The notes under the pieces: generated by a model
The model's database searches: none
What the model was told of the DNA's origin: nothing
What the model saw: only the letters and a program-made list of their open reading frames with translations
Made by a program: the position numbers and the translations under genes
In this document: positions 37,931-48,354 of the stretch, piece by piece
Numbering within the stretch: position 1 is the first letter of the stretch
How the letters are laid out: each line of letters begins with the position of its first letter
NCBI GenBank assembly: GCA_030704615.1
Contig: CM060732.1
Coordinates: 74,338,001 to 74,402,000 of the forward strand
From: Takakia lepidozioides
Taxonomy: Eukaryota > Plantae > Bryophyta
DNA: 64,000 nt
Reading direction: 5' to 3'

Positions 37931-40900
37931 GCAGTTTGAAAAATTTCAGGTCTTTCTCAATCTCTGTGCGCCTACCTCTTCCTTTCCCTAGACGCTTTTC
38001 TTCGGACAGCTTTGTCATACATCTGTTAGGTTGTTCTTTTCCCCGTCCTCTGTGCTTGCATTAAAACTTCCCTTCCTGCGTTTATTAGTAGCATGCAAAG
38101 GCACTTAGAAATTTCCGCGAATGCAACGTTTTCTTAAGCAATTTTCAAAATTTTGGGGTTGCAACGGAAATCTCCTTCGAACGACGTTCTTCGCCTTGAG
38201 CTCACTGCATTTTTATAGTGCAGTGGGTTTTTCTTATTCGGGAACATATAATGTGTATGCCCAGTGTCTTCAAAGATTACGTTCGTTATCAGGCACATTA
38301 CAGTGGTTGCACACGACTGAAGCTACATGAAATGCAATTTTTTCTTAGAAAAGCTGTTTGGGAAGCAAGTACGTTAAGCCCATCTCCTGCAAAAGATGTC
38401 TGCCTCCCTTTATGCTTGTCACTAGTCAGCTGTTTCCTTTTCAGGAATGGGAAGCACCACTAGAACACTTAGGTTGAATCTGGGATGCTTCACATCGTTT
38501 GTTTGGAGGGTTAAGTATCAGTGTGTTATAAGCATCCTCTATTTTGATTTCGGTTCTCTCCTGCTAATAGTTATTCCTTCGTCCTTGCGAAAGAAAGAAC
38601 TAGAACTGACATGCTAATGCCATCATTTGGTGGAGCCTGAGTTTGGAAGTGTGATATGAATGTTTGCATTCGATCAGTCAAAACTTAGATGAGCCGAGAG
38701 CTTCTACGTGGTGCCTTGCATCTTAAACCTCTGAGCCAAGTCGGCCTTTCCCAGCTAGTTTGTCTGGAGCTCAGTGTCAGCAGCTCCTGGTTTCAATGGC
38801 ATTTGGCTATGGTACATGTCTCTGTTGGACATATCCCTCCAAGTGTGCATCTGAAGTCATCTTGTAGCGACTGCAACTTGTCTGACATTCCTCATGCTGT
38901 GTGATGCGAATTTACAGGTCCAGGAAACATGCTTCTTAACCGCCTCCAAAGTTCTGGTTATGGATTAGTCTTCTTGGCATGATCATGCTGTGTTAGCCAG
39001 ATGAATTTATTTTGTCAACTTAAGTCTCACTGGGGCCCTGTGCCTTGGTCTGTGTGGGTTCCATACCCAAGATGTTGATCAGTGTGGTAGGCACATGTAG
39101 TGGTTAAATGGAACAGGAAGTTTGCAGTATTATTGACTGTTATGTGTCTGTAAACTACATGCATTGTGGAGTGCTCAACACACAGATAGCTATGCTGATG
39201 TTTGGACCAGTACTCACCTTTAATGTAGAACAAAATGGCTACATGCAGCACTGAGAGAGTTGCCGAATCCGAATCATGAATTTTCCATCTTTTTCTACTT
39301 TGTGAATAATTTTGCGACAGCAAGGCATGACTCAGTCTGTTGATGAGAGCAATCATTGGCAACATTATGGAAGTCACCTGTGAGCGACAATTAGCAAACT
39401 AGGCCCCAAAGATAAGTTCAGTCATGCGAGAAGGATGCTTTGTCCGTTACAAACCCTCAAGGCCGTCACATTTCACTAGGTGCCATTGTGAACATCTATT
39501 CAACTTCTACAACACTCTGGGTAGTTTTGTATGTTCTCCCTATAGCCATGAAGAAAGAGCACTAGCTGATTGTAGTATCCCAGTATGAGGCCTGGACTGG
39601 GCACAGCTCTCTCAGACTAATGTCATGCTCTATGCAAACTGGTACAGTGGACCTACGTGTGTTCATACTGTGACTGGGTTACTGACAGTTATGGCTACTC
39701 ATCTAGAGGAAGAAACACGACTGTTTTGCCTTACAAGGGGCCAAAGCATGGGAGAGAGAACACAATTTCACAGAAGTTCTGTCACCTGTGTACTTACATC
39801 AATATCCAATGACAACTTTCCTGTTATGAAAGGAATGCTTGGATTTCAGAATTCGTTCCCAGAACTCTTGGGAATACTATTGAGCACAGAATTAAAAATT
39901 TCAACAAACACCCACAACCCCAGAGCCGGCTTTTCTTCTGAAACAAGCTGATGATCAACTGCGTTAACCTCAGCAGCCTGGTCTTGATGTATCAATGGCC
40001 ACCTTTCTCAGATGCTCAGTGTTGTTCCAGTTGGGTATCAAAGCCTTGAAGGTGCAGGTATGCCTTGACTCTGCAAAGCTCAGCACAACATCCTTACTAC
40101 TCCAGAGTCCACAAGGCTCGCGATTTTACACTTGTGCTAGTCCATGGGGGACGTCTGGATGGTTCTGTGTGTGATGGCGACCATGACTTCTTGTCGTGCT
40201 TGCTCAAAGTATCAAACATTTCTGGTGCAATTATGCCAACAAACTCCCTCCTTCCCCACGAACCCGCCAATGGAAAAGGATCATGTAACCCTGTTGAGGG
40301 AAACAAGCAGTTAGAGAAGAGGCGGGTGAATCATACAACACAGAGAGACGATGACAGAGCCAGACACACACACATGCTACATGATTTGATCTTAACCCCG
40401 TTTTCCTTGCCCTTGGTAGACGCGTTCCGTGTCTAACTAGCTGACAGATCGCCAAAAGCAAATAAACCAAACGCCTGGCTAAGGGCAAATAGCCTATTCT
40501 TGACGTCAACCCATCAGTGCTGGCTAAACAACTCCGACTTACCTGGTCCAAGCTCGCTCGAATTCCTCCCTCCCAGAAAGCTGAAATCCAACACGAATTC
40601 CACCCATCTCTCCCGAATTTTCGTAGCAGTATTTTGGTACATGCCTCCCATTCTTGAAGACAGTGTGCTTGGAAGGATGACGCACTCTTTCACATGATCC
40701 CAGCTTTCCGCTCAAGGCCGTATCGGAGAAACAACCCACGCTGTGTCACAGTGCCACTTGGTTGTCGAACCGAGACTGCAAAACAGTTTTCATATTTGCC
40801 CCCTCGCTTGGCCGGCATCTGCGGGTCCGGATTTAATCTCTCAAACATGCAACTTGGGGTAGCACGAGCATCCAGACCTGCCCCAGGGAATCATGAGACC

Positions 40901-42945
40901 AGGAAAACTATTAGTCACCAGCTCCATTAGAACTCCTACAATGGAACAAGACCATGCGTTTGTACTCTACAAATTGACATTGGCTGCAGCATCTACCTGC
41001 TTCCTGTGACTCTTAGGAAGATGGAGGGAGAAGCAAACAAGGTATGAGTATTATTTGCGACAATTACCAGTATGTACCGGGTTTTCGAGCACAGGCTAGT
41101 ATGCAATCATGGGGTGATAACTGTCGTACCAAATCAACGTCGGATTTCTCGCGCTTTCGCCCGAATCTGCCCTCCAGATCAGTAGATTGTGAGATAACAG
41201 GACCTCCTTTCTCTCTCTCTCTCTCTCTCTCTCCCTTTGCAAACATCGTCTTACGAGTACATTCTCTCCCTATGTTCCCGTCCAAACTGGGCCTATGGCC
41301 ACAATGCTACGAGAAACGAAGTCTTATGAGTACATCCCTCTCTCGTAGTTGTTTTGGGCTGCTTAATTCTTGTTGAAGCACTTATTTCTGTCTTGCATCT
41401 TGCTCCCTCCTGTCCAATAAGCTTTATGAGCTTCCCAAGGGACGTTCTGTCTTTCTTTCTTTCTCTCGCTATTCCAAACAGCTACAAATTTCGGACGTCT
41501 TCTACCACCTTGAGTACACAGGACTCTCAAGTCGGATGTCTACTTCAGCGAAGTGCCTATGTCTTCTACGTGACATACGTTGCACACAATGTCAATTGCG
41601 TGTCATGCTGAGAAGAACGAAACGAAACTAAAAGATCTGAGTGTGTGCTTTGCGTCATTCTTGTGTATAATAGATGTGTCTTACATTCTGGGACGTAAAA
41701 TTTGTGAGAAATCTAAGTTAACCAGAGTTGTGACATTGATGATGAGGAGAATGAGATAAGGTCCTCAGTCCTCACAGCATGAGATGTTTTCATTTGAGTA
41801 CATTTGGTAAGTAACTTTGCATGCCTATTTCAGCTGTGTCCCTGCAACCGCTATCCTCACTCCACTGGTACCAGTTGGATCAGGCTCCTTGAGAGAAAAA
41901 ATGTACATGCACCTTGGAGTTTGCAGGCCATCTTGCGTTGCAGATTATCAGCTGATCACGTGCATTTTTTTTCGCAAAACAAAGAAACACACTTGACTGG
42001 CCAAAAGAGGCAAGCTACTCTGTCTGAGAGTCTACTAATTGCAGGATCACAACTTGACCTCTGGTTACATCTTGCTGAGATGTTGGCTTGTATGTTGGCT
42101 TTGATATGTAAACAGGAAGTGGTTGTTTCAGTGTGGAGCTTGTAAACCCTCGAGTATTACAGTTGATGGCCTTGTCTTGATCTTCTTACTGTCATTGAAA
42201 GTGTATGCAGAAAGTAGGATTCTCTCCCGAAAAAGTGAACATACAGACCACCACCCAATGCGAACATGATTCCTACTACTGACAGCTGCTTTTTCTAAAT
42301 CTCACTAGACAGTCTGCTGTGGACAGTAGCAGGGTTATCAAACACCGCTACAGGGATTCAGAGGGAGACTTGGAGTGTACAGGGATTTACAGTTGCCAAA
42401 ATCGAAAGACGCCAATCCACCAGCTGTGAAACATGAATCTTCTGCCCTGCAAACCTCAGTTTGTGGCTACCAGACCGTGGCAGGGATTGCATACATTTCA
42501 TGCATTGTTTTGTCATGCGAGGCTGGTCTTGCATAGAGGGCATTTGGCGCCCACCAAGGAATCTCTTTATGGGGGTTACTTGTCATTCATCACTGAGGCT
42601 GCATGCCACAAAGATGGTGGTGTCAGTGTGAATACACCCAGGCTGCTGCCCAACCCCAACCACCACCTAAAAGGGTTGACATTAAAAAGCTGCAGGCTTA
42701 CTCACCTAAAAAAATGTTCCCCTGAAGCCCCGGGGACAGAAACCAGCGAGTGAGAAGATGCCTGCCCAGCAATGACCTTTCCACTTATCCCCAGGATTTT
42801 GAAGGGCTACCTTCTCAAGCTCCAATACATGTGAATCGCCCTCAAAAGGAATACGAGAGATTGTCGGCACTACAGTTGATAATTTGCAAGTTTTTCTTCA
42901 ATGCATCTTGTTGTCTTTTCTGCAGTGGAATAACAGGTCGTCACA

Positions 42946-45414
42946 TTATCCTGCAATTTTTCTATGCAGCGGGTCGTTCACATCAATGCAGCTCTGCCCT
43001 GGCACATTCTTGAAACGTCCGTCCTTCATCATTTTTCTCATTCTTTCTTGATCATCCCACCTGCCAGCCGCACCATAGATGTCTGATAGGATCATACAAG
43101 TTACAGTGTCCTGTGGATCCAGCTTGAGAAGGCAATGTGCCATTCGTTCTGCTAGCTCCAAATCCCCATGAATTCTGCAGGCACCGAGCAAAGTCTCACA
43201 CACCCAAGCATCTGGTTCAATTGGCATTCTGTTAATGATATCCTCTGCCTCATCCAGTCGCCCTGCACGGCCTAGCAGGTCCACCATGCAGCCAAAATGC
43301 TCGACTGTAGGAGCAAGGCCATGATCTCGACTGATGGAATCAAGGTAGTGACGGCCTTCATCCACGAGGCCCATACGGCTACATGCCGAGAGAAGACATA
43401 TAAAGGTGCTATAGTTTGGCTTCAAGCCTTCCTGTAGCATTTGTTCAAAGAGTTGGACAGCCTCCCTACCAAATCCATGCTGACCGTATCCTGCAATCAT
43501 TGCACTCCATGAGACAACATCTTGTTCAGCCATATTGTCAAATACTTGACGTGCATCTTTTATACTCCCACATTTGGCATACATGACAACAAGGGCAGTA
43601 TCCAGAATGATATGTGGTGCAACTCCGGCATTGATGATATCGGCATGGACCTCTTTGCCTCTTTCCAGAGCTGCCAGACTACCGCATGCATTGAGAACAC
43701 TGGTGAATGTAACCCTGTTTGGGGTCACCCCTTCCCTTATCATTTGTTCATAGATCTCCAAAGCCTCCCCACCAAATCCATGCTGAGCATATCCTGCAAT
43801 CATTGCACTCCACAAGACCACATCTCGTTGAGCTATACTGTCAAACACTTTCCGGGCATCTTTCAGTCTCCCACATTTGGCATACATGGCAACAAGGGCA
43901 GTATCTAGAATGATATGTGGTTTGGTTCCAGCTTTGATGATGTCAGCATGGACCGTTTTGCCCTTTTCCAGGATTCCTAGACCACCACACGCATGTAGAA
44001 CAGAGGTGAAGGTGACCTGATTGGGTGTCACCCCTTCCTGTATCATCTGTTCATACATTTCCAAGGCCTCCCCACTAAAACCATGCTGGGAATATCCTGT
44101 GATCATTGCATTCCATGAGGCCACATCTCGTTTAGCCATATTGTCAAACACTTGGCGTGCATTCTTTATGCTCCCGCATTTGATATACATGTCAGCAAGG
44201 GCGGTCTCGAGGATGATATGTGGCACAATTCCAGCTTTGATGATATCAGCATGGACCTTTTTGCCTATTTCCAGTGCAGCCGGACTGGCGCACGCATTGA
44301 GAACACATGTGAAAGTGACCTGGTTGGGTGTCACCCCTTCCCCTATCATTTGCTTGTATATCTCCAAAGCCTCCCAACCACACCCATGCTGAGCATACCC
44401 TGCGATCATTGCGCTCCATGAGACTACATCTCGTTGAGTCATATTGTCAAAGACATGTCGTGCATCTTTTACACTCCCGCACTTGATGTACATGTCGGCA
44501 AGGGCAGTCTCTATAAGCATATGTGGCAGAATTGCAGCTTTGGTGATTTCATCATGGGCCTCTTTGGCCTTTCTCAGGTCTGCCAGGGTGGCACACACAT
44601 TGACAATACAGGTGAAGGTGATCCTGTTTGGTGTCACACCTTCCCGTACCATTCGCTCGTACATCTCCAAAGCTTCCCTGTTGCGCCCATGCTGACTGTA
44701 TCCTGCGATCATCATATTCCATGAAACCACATTGCGTTGAGCCATATTATCAAACACATAGCGTGCATCCTTTATGCTCCCACATTTGGCATACATGTTA
44801 GCTAGAGCAGTCTGCAGAGCAATATCTGGTGCAATTCCGGCTCTGATGATGTCAGCATGGGCTTCTCTACCCTTTTTGAGGACTGCCAGCCTACTACAAG
44901 CATCGAGAACACAAATGAAAGTGACCTTGTTAGGTCTCAGCCCTTCCCACTGCATTTGCTTATAGATCTCCAAAGCCTCCCAACCACACCCATGCTTGGC
45001 ATATCCTGCTATCAACATATTCCATGAGAACATGTCCCGGCGGGGCATATTGTCAAACACGCGGCGTGCATCCACCATGCTCCCGCACTTCGTATACATA
45101 TTGACAAGTGTGTTGAGTAGAAATATATTTGGCTTGAATCCACTTTGGATAATGTGGGCATGGACTTGCTTTCCCTCTTCCAGGCCTTTCATCTGAATGC
45201 ACTCCTGCAAGAGAAAGGCATAAATATAGGAGTCTGTGGAGATGCCTTGTTGTTTCACAATGTGCAGCGCCTTTTCCACCTGTCCTGCCTTATGTAGTGT
45301 CTTCACATCCCTGCCAGTGCCAGGAGACATCTTGCTGACACCCTCTGTTGATCCTTTTTCAAAATAAGTCATCAGGGTGGAGGTGCCTGAGTCAGGCATT
45401 TGTGCCTGAATCAA
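42946..45414 (-). CDS. PLS-class pentatricopeptide repeat protein with E domain and no DYW (organellar RNA editing factor type)
   Basis: Six ~101-aa PLS triplets (MYxKCGS..ARxVFD..DVVSWxxMIAGY), then HFGCMVDLLGRAGRLDEAE, E1 LLGACRIHG and E2 PGQSCIDVN, then stop. True N-terminus unresolved. Confidence 0.93.
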   Translation of the reverse strand: MIQAQMPDSGTSTLMTYFEKGSTEGVSKMSPGTGRDVKTLHKAGQVEKALHIVKQQGISTDSYIYAFLLQECIQMKGLEEGKQVHAHIIQSGFKPNIFLLNTLVNMYTKCGSMVDARRVFDNMPRRDMFSWNMLIAGYAKHGCGWEALEIYKQMQWEGLRPNKVTFICVLDACSRLAVLKKGREAHADIIRAGIAPDIALQTALANMYAKCGSIKDARYVFDNMAQRNVVSWNMMIAGYSQHGRNREALEMYERMVREGVTPNRITFTCIVNVCATLADLRKAKEAHDEITKAAILPHMLIETALADMYIKCGSVKDARHVFDNMTQRDVVSWSAMIAGYAQHGCGWEALEIYKQMIGEGVTPNQVTFTCVLNACASPAALEIGKKVHADIIKAGIVPHIILETALADMYIKCGSIKNARQVFDNMAKRDVASWNAMITGYSQHGFSGEALEMYEQMIQEGVTPNQVTFTSVLHACGGLGILEKGKTVHADIIKAGTKPHIILDTALVAMYAKCGRLKDARKVFDSIAQRDVVLWSAMIAGYAQHGFGGEALEIYEQMIREGVTPNRVTFTSVLNACGSLAALERGKEVHADIINAGVAPHIILDTALVVMYAKCGSIKDARQVFDNMAEQDVVSWSAMIAGYGQHGFGREAVQLFEQMLQEGLKPNYSTFICLLSACSRMGLVDEGRHYLDSISRDHGLAPTVEHFGCMVDLLGRAGRLDEAEDIINRMPIEPDAWVCETLLGACRIHGDLELAERMAHCLLKLDPQDTVTCMILSDIYGAAGRWDDQERMRKMMKDGRFKNVPGQSCIDVNDPLHRKIAG

Positions 45415-47207
45415 CCCTGCAATCCTGCAAGATCAAAACCCTTTACTTAAAAAACCTTTACAATCTACTGCAAAGGTACTTCTCTTTATGAGGACAGGCT
45501 CTTTGTATGAAACTACTGGAGTCATCATCTCTGTACCAATTCTATCTGTTTGAGTTGACACCCTTGCATTAGCACCAATACCCGTTGCTTTCTCGGCATT
45601 AAAATCCCTGGTGTACATTGACATGAGAACCATCACCAGATAGAGGTTGACCGTGTACCATCGCAGATAGCTCTGCTTTTGCCCGAGTAGCATTCGACTG
45701 ACAAATGGTATCCGTTACGCACTTTTTTCTGACCTGTGAAAACAACCAATGTGCAGCTAAGCAACTAGTTCCAACCACAGCCTTGTATACACTAGGATCC
45801 TACCAGAAAATTTCCAAGCATCTCTCAACCACTAGGGGAATCCTTCCAAGACAAAATGTGAGACCTTTAGCACCAAACTAAGCCAGAAATTGGAGCACCA
45901 CTTCAAGCTTTAGTCAACCTTCTGAGCAAAAATGGAAGTGTGTAGTAACGGCCATTTGCCATCTACCTCAATGGTCAAAAGATGTTGTTGTCCATCACAG
46001 GACCTGTCCACTGGAAGTTGCAAGTTTTGCCTCACTTCTTGATGAAAATGGCTCTTTGCTGACACATAATTAGCTGGGCTTGATGCAACCCTCCCAACTG
46101 CAGCAAACGTTGTGACGGAACGATACGCTGATCTGGATATCGCCCGCCTCCACAAAATCCGGTATCGGTTCTTGCATTGTCAGGAAGTTGCAAGTCTTTT
46201 TCCATCTCTTGATGGAAGAGATGAACGCGATTTTTTGTTGACGTTTCATTCGATGGGGTTGGGGGAAGTCCACTCACTGCAGCCCGACGGGGGTCTGTTG
46301 CCACCAGTTTGGATCGCATCCGTAATGCTGTGGGACTTAACAGCAGCATCCAAAAGCCATTCGGTGCAAATGAGAAAGAGAGAAGACGATCGCCAAGCGA
46401 TCCATTTGCTTGGAGAATTCTGCCTGCTTACCGAAGTTCCTTGGTCCAGATGTCTGTAGTAGTCTTTGGGCTACGAGCCTCTTCTTTGTGGGGCAGTTTC
46501 CTGAAGCCTCTCAACACCTGTTTTGAAAGACCTCGGGTCCTTTTCCATTGCTTGCTTGTATCCTGGAAACGACCAAATCCACATGTGAGACTGACGCCCA
46601 CCTACATTTCACTGACCGTTCTACTTATGAACGCATTGTCTATATCATGACGCACATTTAAAACGTAACGCCAGGTCATTCAAGGCCTCCTCACAATCTG
46701 GCCACTGAGCGTTGCAGCTGCATTCACAATGGCAAACACACCAAAGAAACGAAATGGGCCAAGCGAAAATGGAAACAGAGGCAAAGTATGCCGACGGCAT
46801 TGTCAAGGAGCAACAACTAAACTTGCCTATGCAGCCATGAAAGAATGAACTCAGATTCCACCAAACCTCAGAAGAAGGATTAACAGTTACTTCTGAGAAG
46901 GTTGCAATCCACTTCCAGTTGGACGATTGGACTCGAAAATTTGTCCTCCACAGGCTATTTTCATCCTGTGCGTGGTTCCAGCACGGTGGGATGTTCATCC
47001 TAAAATTCTACGTAGTCCTCAGGATCCCTTTCGTGTCCTCGTAATCGATTCACACCCACACCGGTTTAGAAAGTCACAGAAAGAAACGAAAGAAGGGGCG
47101 ATTGTAATGCCCACAAGGACCTAAACAGTGGAAACAGAAGCACAACCAAGAAAGAAGAAGACGCTGTTACAACCCAATACATATCTACACTACGTTACGC
47201 ACAAATA

Positions 47208-47275
47208 CAGTCATGGATATGACTGCAGAGACTCAATAACTCAGTCATGGATATGACTACAGAGACTCAATGACT
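47208..47275. repeat. 34-bp tandem duplication
   Basis: CAGTCATGGATATGACT(G/A)CAGAGACTCAAT(A/G)ACT occurs twice. Confidence 0.85.
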
Positions 47276-48354
47276 AAGAGGTTAACTGTGGTTAATCACC
47301 GCCAGCTCGGGCCTGAGAATCTTGTCCCATCTGAAGCTCGGGCTTTTGGATGGGCTGGTGTTGTGGGCTCCATTCCCGCGTGCGCTAAAAATCGATGTCT
47401 GTGTGGCACCCATCGAAGGATCTCTCATCCCAACGTGATTTTTGCATTCACAGCAAGTCTCTACTGCTGTAGCTGAGGATTTGTTGGGCAGGACAGGAAG
47501 AGCTTCCTCGTGCAGTAATGCGTGCAATGCAGCTGATACTGATACCAAGAAGAAGGGTGTAGGCAAGCAGGAGACTGTGATTGAAGAGAATGAGCAACGT
47601 GTTTTGTGGGCCAACGATGGCAGCAGCGGGGGTGAGGACAGCTGCTCTGGGAGGGCGCGGGTTGTTCTTGTGGCAGCGCCAATGTGCACCGACCATAAGT
47701 GCCAAGGGATCAATGATGCCTGTTTCGTTTCCATCTAAGCTTCCAGGTTTGCATTTCCCAGCAGAGGCCGCTAATGGGGTTAGCCTTTCCCGAGGTGGAG
47801 AGCGTCGCCCATTCTTGCGCAGGTTGCATTGTTCACTGCAGCAATTGGTGCTCTTGTCCACCAAAGGTACCATTTTCAATCCCGTATCTTAGTAACCTGA
47901 GTGTATAGAGAGCTATTAAGTTGAATAGGCAATGTCAACAAGATGTTCACTCTCTTTTCTGCGCGTCGCCTAGAGAGGGCTGCAGCTGAGTCGGAAGTGG
48001 GTGCAATTCAAACCTTACGTCTGTCTTACATGGAGCACCTCCCTTTTTCACTTTAGGAGGAGGGTTCTGTATCCCCATTTCCTTTCCAGTGAGATTGTGT
48101 GGGAAGTTCAGCAAATAGTTCTTTAACGGCGACCAGCCACATAAGGTGCATGGTCACAGCAATAATGCCAACTTTGTATGAATGCAGAGTTTATCCTTTT
48201 TTCACAAGGTTGCTGAACATGGAGATAAGTGTCTTGAACCAAGCAGGTTTGTGCAGAGATGGGTGGCTTGTGGGGCATAATGTGATCTTGACAAGGACTG
48301 TGGTGCCTCTACAGAATTCGCAGATGGCAGCATCGAGTACAAATTTGGCACAGC

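Noticed and set aside
38650-38735. Possible C/D snoRNA in the RPL14 3' region
   Set aside because: C box is non-canonical and no rRNA-complementary guide was recognised.
42750-42945. DYW domain downstream of the PPR stop
   Set aside because: No HSE or CxxC motifs seen; at most a decayed E+ remnant.
43522-45196. Series of similar plus-strand ORFs (83-128 aa)
   Set aside because: Antisense shadows of the repetitive PPR coding sequence.
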